Below are positions 63,576 through 64,000 of a stretch of DNA of 64,000 bases, one piece after another. Positions within the stretch are counted from its first letter, which is position 1. Every line of letters begins with the position of its first letter. The stretch comes from Antechinus flavipes. Taxonomy: Eukaryota. The stretch is taken from the NCBI RefSeq assembly GCF_016432865.1, contig NC_067401.1, forward strand, positions 297,352,001 through 297,416,000, read 5' to 3'. The translations under genes and the position numbers were made by a program. The notes under the pieces are model-generated. The model worked only from the letters and a program-made list of their open reading frames with translations, was not told the DNA's origin and made no database searches.

Positions 63576-64000
63576 TTAGAACAGAGAAAATCTAAAGCAT
63601 TTTGCAGGCAGAGCAGAAGAAACCAATGAAGAGGAAGAGATTGAAGATGACAAAGAGATTATGGATGATTGATGCAGCAGACGTGAAAATCATAGGTACA
63701 TATGGAAGGGTGATCTTTGGCAAGAAAGGCTATTTATAAATCCTAGAGAAGGCAAGAATGAGAGAAAACAAAAAGCAGTTTTGATGAGTGGAAGAGAAAA
63801 GATGAAGGAATCCAAATTGAGTGAGTTCTAAAGATATGAGTTTTAACCTTCTAAAAAGAAGGGTTAGAATAGCTGCTGTGGAAAATGTGATGTCATGCAA
63901 TATGAGAGTTACGCAAAAGAATTTGTGTGGTAGTGAAGACACAGTTGAGGTTAAATGGCAGCTGTCATTCTTCTGGTAATGGAAGTTTAGTAGTAGCAGA

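Overview
AT-rich, repeat-dense eukaryotic DNA from a marsupial, most likely a dasyurid (WSINE1-like and Mar1-like SINEs, a 7SL-derived copy and marsupial-type L1 3' UTRs). The one host gene I can support is GOPC (PIST/CAL/FIG) on the minus strand. Seven coding exons were reconstructed by hand with GT-AG boundaries: 36122-35835, 20985-20821, the 24-nt microexon 18554-18531, 8292-8117, 6952-6787, 4804-4709 and 3920-3756. Together they give 1080 nt (360 aa) in one continuous frame; the last exons lie left of the window. A CpG-island promoter spans about 35.6-37.1 kb. The rest is intronic or intergenic: L1 insertions of several ages (many with target-site duplications, TSDs), L2/CR1/RTE fossils, SINEs and one 142-N gap. 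The most notable items are: a 1411-bp TA-flanked pogo-family (DD35D) DNA transposon in GOPC intron 1 with near-perfect TIRs; an unidentified GC-rich gene-like block with splice signals in the same intron; RBFOX/UG motifs downstream of the microexon; an L1 5'UTR/ORF1 fused tail-out to an L1 3' end; and an 81-nt near-perfect hairpin. No prokaryotic systems or CRISPR arrays are present. Repeat family names are from recall, not from a database search.
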